Assembly (NCBI RefSeq): GCF_006345805.1
Contig: NC_043015.1
Coordinates: 38,006,001-38,070,000, forward strand
DNA length: 64,000 nt
Origin: Octopus sinensis
Lineage: Eukaryota
Direction: 5' to 3'
Each line of letters starts with the position of its first letter. Within the stretch, counting starts at the first letter, position 1. The notes beneath the pieces were generated by a model, which saw only the letters and a program-made list of their open reading frames with translations, had not been told where the DNA came from and made no database searches. The position numbers and the translations under genes were made by a program. Below, piece after piece: positions 25,601 to 37,822 of this stretch.

Positions 25601-26470
25601 TATTGAATTTACCTGTATCTACCTGCAATTAGAGTCACTTTGTGACAAAAATTATGGTATAGAATTGGCTGAAAACCTTTTGTTAAATTATTTTACAAAA
25701 ATCACATTAATATATTGATAAATAAAAAAGTTATAGTTGTTTAATGAAACCAGGCTAAATTCATGATTATGTTAGAAATTGATTGAAACACATAAGGGGT
25801 ATATTTTGGTTAGAAATATAGTAACAAAAGGGTTAACATAATGTTCCACCATAGCATGGATAATCAGGTCCCCAGTACGTACTATTGTGGCAGTTAATTG
25901 AACCATTTAATTTGAATGTGGCCTCATCACTCCACACAATCTTTGTTGGAAAGTGTGCTTCTTTTACACATCGTGCCAAGTACCACTCACTCTTCAGTCT
26001 GGTTCATCCTCATTAATAGCATGTATTAATCTTGGAACATAACTTTTCCATTGACAACACTTCAAAATGCGTTGGACAGACGATTTTGAAATTTTAACCC
26101 TAACCTCATGCCTTGCTCACTCGCCCCATAGATTTTCTTGGATTTTGGTGACACGTTTCCAGCACTCCTTGCTTTTTTGGGGTTGTCAATGTTCATGATC
26201 TTCTGGAATGCTTCTCGTTGACATTCTGAATAGTTCCATCGGCTTCAAACTTGTCTCTAATTCGAGGGGATCTATTTGAAACTCCCTCCTAAACTGTCTT
26301 TACACTTCAACTGTGTTTACACACATTCAGTAGCAATTTAGAATAAATTTCCTTTTTTCAAAGCTTAGTCTGACTGCCATCATTAATTCCAATGAGTTTA
26401 ATCTGGAAAGAAAAACATTGATTGAGTTATTAGCTGCTAAAGTGTGTATACATCTTTTCGGGACACTCTG
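22673..26470 (-). mobile_element. Tc1/mariner-superfamily element (DD41D/rosa-like), ~1.24 kb, split by a piggyBac
   Basis: TIRs cagggtgtacccaaaaaatgtatacacacttta and the reverse complement of taaagtgtgtatacatcttttcgggacactctg. Decayed [13 protein letters not shown]...FQQ(Y)GAP...SPDLTPLD with about 41 residues between the second and third acidic positions after correcting one frameshift. Confidence 0.85.
23277..25832 (+). mobile_element. Full-length defective piggyBac (PGBD4-like transposase remnant at ~23551-25150)
   Basis: TTAA duplication at 23273-23276 and 25833-25836; 12-bp TIRs ccctttcgttac / gtaacaaaaggg; SIDEGM, FDQFFSS and GGVDQLNQ catalytic blocks plus a C-terminal Cys-rich domain; several stops and frameshifts. 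Confidence 0.95.
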
Positions 26471-28577
26471 TATATATATATTTTCAATGTATGTAATGCA
26501 GTGAAGTGTTGTAGAAAATAAAATTGTGGTACTTTAGTTCCGGCCATTTTCGTTGAATTCAAATCCCATTGAAGCCAACTTTATCCATCATCCGTCTAAA
26601 GGAGATAAAAATAAATTATCTTTTAATTAGTAGATTAGCATACTTTCGTATCCTTGTATGTTGGAGAAAGAAAGTCTGTACATGGGGAAAGTATGTACAG
26701 GGGGAAAGAAAGTCTGTACATTATTATTACATACAACTCTATGCTGTCAACCATGTCTCATAGTGAATCGCTTACCAACCCGAAATGCCAATTGCTCACA
26801 GTTATTTACTTTATAACCATGAGACAGTCTACCTTTAGTCACTTCAGGGGTGGTCGGAATCCTTCCACAACACATAACTTTTTATACAGTACCTTGAATA
26901 AAGTACCTTTGAATCAGTTGATTTAATTAACCCCAATATCCTAGGGTATATGTAATCAACTGAAACAGGTGTCTTGAAGTCTTGAACTATGAGGCTGTAG
27001 CAGAGACCCAAATGATTTCTCTTAGTGCTGCAAGTGGACAAAGGGTAAAACCACATATTGTAACCTTTGTGAGGAGCAGTGACCTCCTTAGGAAGATAGT
27101 AATAGATCAGGGCTTGTCTAAGGTGTCTTGCAGTGGGACTGCATGGTACCTTGATCTTGTACTCTAGCCTGGATTGACCAAAACCTTGTGAGTAGATTTA
27201 GTAAAAGGAAACTGAAAGAAGCCTGACATTTATGTATATCATCATCATCATCAGCAGCAGCATTTAATGTCCATATTCTATGCTCTCCTGGGTTAGATGG
27301 TTCAACAGAATCTGATGGCTCCAAGGACTGTGTCATACTGCAGTGTCTGCTCTTGGCATGGTTTTTATGGCCAGATGCCCTCCCTAACTCCATCTGCTTT
27401 ACAGTGCTTACTGGGTGAATTTTGTGTCAGCCACACTTGTCAGTTCTCTATGTAGTTGACAAAACTAAGAACCCCAAGGGAATGAGTTACTTTATTCTCG
27501 AAGATAAAAGAGTACGAGAGAGGGAGGCAAACAGTTTTTTGTAAAGGAGTTTCATGGTTACTTACACTTAGAATAAATGGGGAGAATGAACAAGTGGATC
27601 TGCAAAGAGCGAGTCTGATGTATCCAGGTGACCCCTAAGAGTGTAAAGGAGTGCAAGAGATGGGACACGGGAGAGGAGGTAGGCAACAACTGTAAAGATT
27701 GAGGTTAGGGTACATGAGTGTACATGGATATTTGTGTTCCCTTGTCTTGATTTGCTGTAAATGAGTGTAAGTAGTTGTGTCATTCATTTCTAATATTCTG
27801 AGAAAATGTCTGAATATGGGGAAATATTACCTTGCTTGAAAAGATGAAAGTTAAAACGACCAAAATGACAACAATGATGTTATTGTTGTGGATATTTACT
27901 CTCATGTCAGACCGAATGAAGGGATCTGGTTAACATTTTCCTGTGTTGGAAAGATTTAACTCTTGTTTTTTTTTATAGTTTGGGTGACGATATAGCGTCT
28001 TTCTTGGAATATCAGGTTCTTTAAGGGAGGTAACTTTCTAAAGCGACCTGAATCTAATTTTTCGGTTTGTAGGGTTTCAGAAAAAATGTTACCAAACTAA
28101 GCACAGTGGTTGACGGTGGTGGGGGAATATAATTAATTAAAATCTTTGAAGGCAGTGCTGAAGCATGTTTACTGTTCAATTATTGAGATCAGCAAAATAA
28201 TAAAAGAGAGTGGTTTAAAACTAGAACTGCGCTACCCTGTTTCATATTTGCTGACTCAGCTGGCGTGCGTATGTGAAGGGACATAACTACATTAAACTAC
28301 CATAAAAGAGTTGTTTCCCTTGATGTTTATTATGTATATATATATATATATATATATGTGTGTTGGTAAATGGATATGTAAGTAAACAGATAGGTAGGTA
28401 TATAGGTAATACGGACAAACATACACATGGAGAACATATCTCGACATAACAGACGCACATACATAGTCACACAAACCCATACACATAGACAAACTCAAAC
28501 ATGCACACACAAAGAGTCAGAGGTACAGACACACATGAATATGCAGAATACACACATATAACGTACACACAGGCATA

Positions 28578-31000
28578 CATCATCATCATCGATTAACGTC
28601 CGTTTTCCATGCAAACATGGATTAGACGGTTCGAGTGTGGTCTGGGAAGCCAAGAGGCTGCACCAGGCTCCAGCCTGATCTGGCAGTGTTTCTACAGCTG
28701 GATGCCCTTCCTAACACCAACCACTCTGAGAATGTAGTAGGTGCTTTTTATATGCCACTGGCACAGGAGCCAGAGGGGGTTGGCAACGACCACGATCGGT
28801 TGGTGCTTTTTACGTGCCACCAGCACAGAAGCCAGTGAAGGTGGCATGGGCATCGGCTACGTTCATATGGTGCTTTTTACATGCCACTGGCATGGGGGTC
28901 ACAACTACAATTTCCATTTGGCTTTGATGTACTTGACTCAATAGGTCTCCTCAAGCACGGCATGTCATCCTACAATCCAAGGTACTTTTGAGTGGGCTGG
29001 TTATGCGACACTGGCGTAGGTTGCAGCTGTGAACTCACTTTATTTGCTGGGTCTTCACAGTCACAGCATATCTCCAGATGTCTCATTCTTTTTTCATTGC
29101 CTTTGTGAGGCCCAACGTTTGAAGGTCATGTTTTACCACCTCATCCCATATCTTCCTGGGTCTCCCTCTACCCCAGATTCCTTCCACTGTTGGGGAGTGG
29201 CACTTCTTCACACAGATCTCCTCATGCATCTGTAGTACATGGCCATACCAACGTGAATGTTTCTGTTGCATGCCACATCGGATTCTTCTTATGTCCAACA
29301 TTTCTGTCAGGGCGCTTACACTCTGTTGTGTGTGCATCCAGCGGCTCATGCTAGCTTCATTTCTTTCAAACCTACGCATGTCTTCAGCAGTCACAGCCCA
29401 TGTTTCACTGCCATGAAGCATGGCAGTTTGCACACATGCATCGTACAGTCTATCTTTCACTTTGAGCAAGAGACCCTTTATCACCAGTAGGTGTAGGAGC
29501 TTTCTGAACTTTGCCCAGGCTATTCTTATTCTAGTGGTAACACTCTGAGCATCCACTCCCACTACAGGCTTGGTCACCTAGGTAGTGGAAGCTATCAGCA
29601 ACTTCTAGTTTCTTCCCCTAGCATTTGATGGAATCTGTTTTCTGAGCATTTGTGGTGTTTATTGCCCCTGTGCATCTGTCACATACGAAAGCGATCTTCC
29701 TAGTTAATCTTCCTTTGATGTTGCTGCACCTCTTATGTGTCCATAGCTTACACTTGGTACATCTTATGGAGTTTCTACCTACACCTTTTCTACAGATCGA
29801 GTAGGACCACGTACCTGAAGGGGTGTATGATGTGTTCACCTTCCTAATTACTAGAACTTTGGTCTTTGCAACATTGACTCTAAGGCCCTTCAATTCTAAA
29901 CCTTGCTTCCACACTTGAAATTTCTTCTCTAGTTCAGGTAGAGATTCTGCTATAAGGGCTAGGTCATCAGCATAGAGGAGCTCCTAGGGGCAACCTATCT
30001 TAAATTCCTCTGTTATTGCCTGGAGGATTATGATAAGATGGGGCTGAGGGGTGACCCTTGGTGGACCCCTACTTCTACCTGGAATTCTGCACTATACTCA
30101 TTTCCAATCTTAACCCTATTAATGGTATCTCTGTATAGGGCATGTACAGCCCTTATTAGCCATTCGTCAATCCCCAGTTTCTGCATTGCCCACCATTTAA
30201 GGGATCAAGGACCCTGTCAAAGGCTTTCTCCAAGTCCACGAAAGCCAAATTTAGGGCTTTATCTTTGGCTAGGTATTTCTCCTGCAGTTGCCATACCAGT
30301 AATACAGCGTCAGTGGTGCTTCTACCTGGCACAAAACTGAACTGCATTTCATCTAAGAAGACTCTCTCCCTAATGAGATGGGCTATGACCCTCTCCGTGA
30401 CCTTCATCACCTGATCCAGTAGTTTGATACCCCTGTAGTTATTTCTATCTACAGCATCACCTTTACCTTTGTAGCAGTTGACTATGGTGCTGCTACGCCT
30501 TTCATTGAGTATGACTCCATCATGAACTACCTGGTTTACAATGCAGGTGACTAGGCCATAGCCCACACCACCAGATATTTTAAGCATCTCAGCAGTGATT
30601 TCTGATGGGCTGGGGGCTTCTCCTGGCTTCATATCCTTAATTGCTTTATCTACCAGGGTGCTGTCTATTCGCATAGCTGGTCCCTTTACTGGATCAACAT
30701 TTGTCTGGCTCTCCTCATCCCATTTATTCTCAATGTTCAGCAGTCTTTCATATTGGCTTATCCAAACCTCTTTCTTTCATTAAAAGCAAGTGCAACATCA
30801 TCCATGCGGACACATTTCTCTCCTGTGACATCAACATTTTTTCTCACACACTGTCTTGCAATCTAGAATACTTCAGTTCTTTGGTCCTCACATTGCTGGA
30901 CTTTGACAATCTTCTTCTTTTCTGATTCGCCCTTTGCTATGTATACCTGTCACCCAGCTTCCCTTTTGGCTATCTGGTACGGTTCCCTGCTACCTCCACA
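28578..31000 (-). mobile_element. RTE LINE, 5'-truncated (RT plus 3' UTR)
   Basis: NYRGIKLLDQVMKV...FVDLEKAFD, CKLWTHKRCS zinc-finger insert, GRPRKIWDEVVKH, shared 3' UTR and (gat)n tail. Confidence 0.94.
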
Positions 31001-31390
31001 TGCATACGCACACACATAGGTACATGCATACACGGGTTTAGTTCACTGGTGATCTGAACGAATAGGTATGTTGTGTAAGTGCTATAATTAATCATCTGTT
31101 ACATTCCAAGTTCACAGCTGAAGCTGGAGCTAGGGATACATAGCAGGCTTCCAAGGTAGCAGGTGTATATTAGAGGAAAAAAGCACAGGAAAACCAAGGC
31201 AGAACAAGTATTTCAAGTAATTTAGCATATTTAATTAGAGTAAGGTGAATGACTCCCTCTGGAAGATGGGCTGTGAACTTAATTCTCCTCTCTCTCTAAT
31301 CATGCTGTTTTACTCTTTATTCTTCTGTAGACTATTTTATTCCTTTATGCACTGAATTCTCTGTTTAGAACTTCCCTACATACTTACCTT

Positions 31391-31464
31391 GTCTCTGATG
31401 AGAATACCCAGTGTATGGAGATGCTAACCTATCACTTGCGATATCCCAGCAATAGCTGTAAGAC
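31391..31464 (+). ncRNA. Degenerate type I hammerhead-like motif
   Basis: gtct-CTGATGA-stem II (gaatacccagtg / cacttgcgatatcc)-GCAA(for GAAA)-TAGCT-GTA-agac; stem I gtct/agac is perfect. Confidence 0.5.
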
Positions 31465-32755
31465 CTTCAATAATTAATTAATTACTACAAATTCACTTTA
31501 TTCTAATTAAATATTCGAAATGACTTGAGATGCATGTCCTACCTTGATTTTGTTGTCCTTTTTCCTCTAATGTGTGTGTGTGTATGTGTGCACACTTTTA
31601 TATATATGTGTACATGTGTGCACGCACAAACATTATAACTGAAGGACTAACTTCCAGTTATTTGTTTCTGATCATCAGCTGCAAAACTGAACCTTTTTTT
31701 TCTTTTGTAATATTCAGTGTTGGAATAAGGCAGCAAAAGTGGGCAGAAACGTTGGCATGCCAGGGGAAATGCTTAGTGGTATTTTGTCTTTATGTTCTGA
31801 GTTCAAATTCTGCCATTTTCGACTTTGCATTTCATCCTTTCAGGGTCGACAATTTAAGTACCTGTTGTGCACTGGGGTTAATTTAATCGACTGGTGCCCC
31901 CCCCCCCCAATTTCCGGCCTTGTGCCTAGAGTAGAAAAGAATACTCACTGCTGGGATATTGTTTTGAAATGCAAAATGATGATTGGAAATGAGAAACTTA
32001 CAGTATTGGATATTGGAAACTTTAAGTTACAATGTAGTATAGAATCCTCCATGTTTGCATTGAGTTCTGGAATTCATTGCTTCTGACAAATCAATACACA
32101 CACACACATAATCTTTTTCTTGTTTTAGTCACTGGATGGCAGCTATGCTGGGGACAGCAGCACCTGGAAAGATTTAGTCAAACAAGTTGATCTCTGTCCT
32201 TTTCTTTTTATTGAGCCTGGTACTTATTCTATCAAACCCTTTGTTACAGAACTGCTAAGTTACAAGGATGTAAACAAAAGGGCAATGTTTGTCAAATAGT
32301 GTGGGGGGTGAACACAGACAATAACACACACACACACACACACATGCATATTATATGGTGGGCTTCTTTTAGTTTCTCTCTATCAAATCCAGGTTGATTC
32401 ACAGCTATATTAGAAGATGCTTGTCTATGCAGTAGGACTTGTCATGGAGCCTTGTGGTTAGGAAGCAAACTTCTTTACAATATACACACACATATTTGCT
32501 TTGAGTTATTTAAATGCTGATGATACATCCAAATTTATAAAAATAAAATTTAAGACTTTGGAAAATATTTTTTAATGTTTTGAAGCTTTTGTAGAATGTG
32601 TTCTTCCTCTTCATCACCATTTTATCGTCCACTTTTCCATGCTTGCATTGGCCAGATAGAATTCTTTCTATGACCAGATGCCCTTCCTGCCATTCTCTAT
32701 CTCTCCATATCTTTCACTTATTGTGTATATCATTCCTTAATTTTATTTCTTTCAG

Positions 32756-32839
32756 TTACTGTGATACACCCAAGTTGAAGAGATTTGGTGGCAAGGCTAC
32801 AGAATATTCTCCAAGAGCAAGAATACGGCAACTTCTTGG
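32756..32839 (+). CDS. HCCS: HCCS coding exon 4
   Basis: tttctttcag acceptor; (H)YCDTPKLKRFGGKATEYSPRARIRQLLG; donor gg|gtatgt; 84 nt, phase 2 to 2. Confidence 0.97.
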
Positions 32840-33139
32840 GTATGTTTGTGACTTTTGTCACAGCTTCATTTAGGTGTTCATAAGAACTTTTTGTGTATTT
32901 GTTTGTTTGTCTTTATCTTTCAGTGTGTGTGTGTGTGTGAGGTATTTTACCAGCCTCTATATATGTATGCTTGTAGGTAGCAGTGATATACTGAGATTTT
33001 ATTCACTCTGCTATATAAGCCATTCTACAGATTTGTAAGTTTACTGCAAAGTGAAAATTCTTATCAATTATTGAATTGATTGACCCCCACCCTTCCTACT
33101 GGAATTTCTGGACTTGTTCTTGTCTTAGAAATGAGTGAT

Positions 33140-33975
33140 TGATTAGCAGAATCATTAGAGCACTGGATATAATTCCTCCTGGTATTTCTTCTGGCTCTTC
33201 CTCTTTTGAAATCCCACTGAGGTTAATTTTTGCTTTTCATCCTTTCAGATTTGATTAAAATACCTCTCAAGTGTGTTGTATGTTTGCGTTTGACTTGAGA
33301 AAATAAATACCAGTTGAACACTGAGGTAATTTACTAGCTACCTTCTCTCCATATTTCTGGCATTGTACCTGTAACAGAAATAATTATGGTAAGGTAGCAA
33401 GCATATCAATCAAAATGCTTTGTGATATTTCTTCTAGTTTTTGCATTAAAATCCTGTTGAGGTCAGCTTTGTCTTTCGCTTGATAAAATAAATTACCAGT
33501 CAAGTATTTGGGTCAAGGTAAATGGATTAACTCTCACTGTGAAAATTACTGGCTGGCAAGCTGACAGAATCATTACTCACCAGGCAAAATGCTTACAAGC
33601 ATTTCCTCTGTCTTAAGTTTCGAGTTCAAAATCTGTTGAAGTTCACTTTGCCTTTTATCCTTACAGGGTTGAAAATAATTACCTGTTGAACAGTGGGATC
33701 AATGTAATTGACTAGCCCCCACTCTCTAATTTCAGGCCTTGTGCCTATGGTAGAAAGAATTATTTTTATTATGGTGGTGAGTTGGCAAAATTGTTACTGC
33801 TCTGGACATTTCTTATGGTTTTATACTCTGAGCTCAAATGCCACTGAGGTTGCCTTTGCCTTTCATCCTTTCACGGTCAATAAAGTCAGTACCAGTCAAA
33901 TACTGGGGTTAATGTAATCATCTCTTCCCTCCCCACAAAAGCTGCTGGCCCTGTGCCAAAATGTGAAACCATTTT
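33140..33975 (+). mobile_element. Head-to-tail stack of at least 4 decayed copies of a second tRNA-derived SINE (other copies at 31725-31940 and 63957-64000)
   Basis: Recurring ggcaagctgacagaatc...gagttcaaa...ctttgcctttcatcctttc...ccttgtgcc...agaaagaat(tat)n. Confidence 0.7.
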
Positions 33976-34003
33976 TATTATTATTATTTATTTACTCTTT
34001 CAG

Positions 34004-34310
34004 CTATCCATTGCCATTTGATCGTCATGACTGGATAGTTGACCGATGTGGTCGAGAGGTTCGTTACATTATTGACTACTATGATGGTGGACAAGTGAAC
34101 ATGACAAACTTCCAGTTCACAATTCTGGATGTGAGGCCAGCGTTTGACTCATGGAGTGCATGCTGGGACAGGATGCGAGCATCAATGCTGCGGTGGGCTG
34201 CCTCGTTCATGCCCAAGGATCAACAGAACATCGAAACTGGCTCTGTACCTCACATCCAGCCAGAATCTACACAAGACTCTTCTTCACCTTCTTCAGGAAA
34301 TGCCAGTTGA
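34004..34310 (+). CDS. HCCS: HCCS coding exon 5 (terminal)
   Basis: ctctttcag acceptor; [29 protein letters not shown]...[12 protein letters not shown]...WDRM; stop TGA at 34308-34310. Total CDS 1071 nt = 356 aa. Confidence 0.97.
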
Positions 34311-34392
34311 GAATACTTTTGCTTTCAAAATTGACAGAAACAAAATAGGTTTTTTTTTTTCATAATTTAATTTTTTTTACATTAAGTTAATT

Positions 34393-34398
34393 AATAAA
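34393..34398 (+). promoter_or_regulatory. Candidate polyadenylation signal of HCCS
   Basis: AATAAA 83 nt after the stop codon. The context is AT-rich, so chance occurrence is possible. Confidence 0.4.
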
Positions 34399-34951
34399 TT
34401 ATAAATTACCCTTGTCCAGTTTGTCTTTGTCTTTTCCTCTTTTACACCCTCCTCTTTTTTTCATATGTGGAAAAAGTAGTTTAAAGAAAGATAACTGTAT
34501 TGTTAACACCATTTGCAGACCTCACCACTCCCTATCATCATCATCATCATCATCATCATCATTTGATGTTTGGATCCAATGCTGACTTGAGCTGGAGAGT
34601 TTTACAGGATCCAGTGAGACAGAGCTTCAATATCTGTTGAGCAGGGTTTCTGTAGCTGAATGCCTTCCTCGATCATTTAACGTCCGTTCTCCATGCTAGC
34701 ATGGGTTGGATGTCAATCATTTTTACAGAAGAGTTTTGTACAATTTAAAAGATGTAAATTTAAAAGATGAGAACTACAAAGAGTGATAAATTTAAAGAAT
34801 TGGCATTCTTTGCTGCAATATTTTAAGTAAAAAGTCTCTTATTCTTTACTTTTCTTGAAGTAATAGTTTGTCCTGTACTTTTCCAGGTTTATAATCTTCA
34901 GAACATTACTTTTCATGCTCGCATTTTCCCATGTCATATAATATATATATA

Positions 34952-35338
34952 TCTTTATATATAAAAGTCAAGTTGTGTGTCTGTCTCCTACGATTTAGAT
35001 TCCTAACTACTCCCACATTTTGCGGTGCAGTTTAACCAAAACCGGGTATCTTATAGTCGTGATTCATATCGAGCCCTTCTGGGTATTAGTGCGCGTCTAC
35101 GATTTAAAAAAAAATTTACAAACATTTTTTTCCATTTTAATGCATTTTTTCGCTATTATATAAGGGAAGTAACTCTCTAAAAATGTCTACGATGAGTCAA
35201 CAATTTAAAAAAAAATTTACCATCATTTTTTTTCCATTTTTAATGCATTTTTTTGCTATTTTTTGGCTATAACTCTCTTAAAATGCTTATATAGTTATTT
35301 CTCTTACAAACCTGAGCAACGCCGGGAGATACTGCTAG
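34952..35338 (+). mobile_element. Non-autonomous Helitron
   Basis: 5' TCTTTATATATAAA, 3' subterminal hairpin cctgagcaacgccggg, CTAG terminus, inserted between A and T. Confidence 0.85.
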
Positions 35339-35359
35339 TATATATATAAAAAACTAGGA

Positions 35360-35686
35360 AATGGAGTAGATAAACTCCCGGCTACATATATTTCGTATTT
35401 AGCGGAACCTCGGAAGTAGTAAATTATTCAAACGAGAGGTAGGCCAAGGATATCTTGATTATATGAATTGTATATTATCGTTAGTAGATCCCGTGTTAAC
35501 TCATTGAGGATTCAATCTAAGCCCCTACCAGTTAACCCGGGATCACCACGACTATGTAAACTTCATATAATCAAGGATGCTTAAACTGAAGAGTAGCTTG
35601 CAGTCTACCCCTCGTTCAGATAATTACTTCTTCCGACGTTCCTTTTCCTATAAAACATATGTAGCCTGGATTTTATCTACTTCATT
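35360..35686. mobile_element. Fold-back MITE-like element (~150-bp arms)
   Basis: aatggagtagataaactcccggctacata / tatgtagcctggattttatctacttcatt; atcttgattatatgaa / ttcatataatcaagga; gatcccgtgttaact / agttaacccgggatc. Confidence 0.85.
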
Positions 35687-35926
35687 ACTTAATTTTGGAA
35701 TGTTTATTCATATATACAGTAATCCCAGTTGCTAACCGTAAACTATAAAATAACCTTTTTTCGGCCTATCGTACTTTCGATACGGGCAAAATTCACAACC
35801 TTCTGCGCCATAAAGTTCTATTGTTCTTCAAAGTTGTTTTATTATATCTTCTATGGATTGCTAGAAGCTCATTAGCTTCCTACACCTAGATCGTTGAATC
35901 TTACCTTTACACAGACACACACACAC

Positions 35927-35957
<31 letters not shown>

Positions 35958-36748
35958 TTCATACACTCAAGCACATACAACATATATATACACACACATA
36001 TGTACGTGTAAGTTCACGTATATATGAACATATATACGTAGATAAATAAACATGAATACAACAGGTTATATCTATAGGTACATCCATACATATATATATA
36101 CTCACCTCAAACTAATGTATAGAATATCTGAAACTCGACTGTCAAGTATTAACAAGTGCGTCTATGTGTGTGTGTGTGTGTGTGTGAAACAAAAGCGTAA
36201 ATATGTAGCCATCTGGTACCAAATCAATTTATAACATATTGGAGAAAAATGCGGGTATACACACACATCAGGAGATGGTAGAGTGCTTGTCATTTGATAT
36301 CTTATTACCCTCCACTTACATAAACATTTATGGGTGGATGTGTATGTATGTGTGTGTGTGTGTATGTATGCGTGTATGTATGTATGTGTGTATATATGCG
36401 TGTATGTATGTGCGTTTTATATGTATATACACGAACGTTATATATTTATATACACAGATATATAAATATGTGTATGCACATACGTAATAGAACAATTATA
36501 TATGTTTGTGTGTATATGCATATATATATTTATTTCGCTATTTATATATAGATACATATACACACATACATATATCTCTCTATCTACATATTTTTATACA
36601 AACACATGCAAATGCGCCGAAGTTACACCTAACTCCAATCTACCTCCCTCCAGCGATACATACACCAACTGACACTTAAATTGTCATACGCACACATAAA
36701 AACTTGTTCACGTATACATACGATTTCACCCTTCCTTCCTACCACACT

Positions 36749-36786
<38 letters not shown>

Positions 36787-37288
36787 CATGTACGCAGACG
36801 CAGAATCTGTGTCAGCCCAAAAGTTCTGCACTGAAATATGCCACATAATCAAATTCCTTCGTCAGCTTCCCGGCTCCTGCTGCCTCCATCACTTACTCAT
36901 ATATACTCACACGCACGCACATACATACGCAGGCCCGTATAGGAACCGACTCCACTCCCCGCTAGCCACCCACAAACGTAAAATAATAAATGAAACGAGT
37001 AATTAAAACGGTAACTAGGCAACGTCAGACGTATAAACAAACACTTGCACGTGTAATAGCGATGCATTAGCAGCGAACCAGCCACGTACATACACGCTCA
37101 CTTGTACACACACACATCTACACATATTCATAGAATATTTGTATACAATATGATGGGTGTTTATGTGTGTGCGTGTGTGTGTGTGTATATGAATTTATAT
37201 ATGTATATATATATATATATGTGTGTGTGTATATATATGTATATATATATGTATGAATCTATCTATCTATATATATATATATGTATGA

Positions 37289-37320
<32 letters not shown>

Positions 37321-37822
37321 GTGTGTGTATACATGTCGCTTAGGCATTGCGTGTAGAACTCAGTATACATATGCTTGAGAACGAGATGTTGATCGAGTAC
37401 AGCGTTGTAATAAGAAAATGAGATGACCAAGGATTAAACGATAATCTTATGAGCTTTATTAACTTAGTGTTGTATCTGCTATGAGAGTCACTGGACTCAT
37501 AGTTGAGTACCCCTGAGCAATGCCTTAAAACTTCTTCGGAGCTTCGAATATGAAGTGCAGTTTATGAAATAAATTGCACTTCATATTCGAGGTCTCAATA
37601 AAACGATAAGGTGTTACTTATGTACTCAACTTACATTGCACGTCTTTCAGACATTGTTTTTTTACTTTTTCTTTTATCAGGAGGAAACGAAAATAACTAA
37701 AAATATAGTTAAGGGTTGAATAATTAGTGTAGAGGGCATGCGAGAAAAATAAGACCAAAGTCTTGTGAGTGGATTTCGTAAAAAGAAAGAAGCCCGTTGT
37801 ATGTTTGTATGTGTGTATATAT

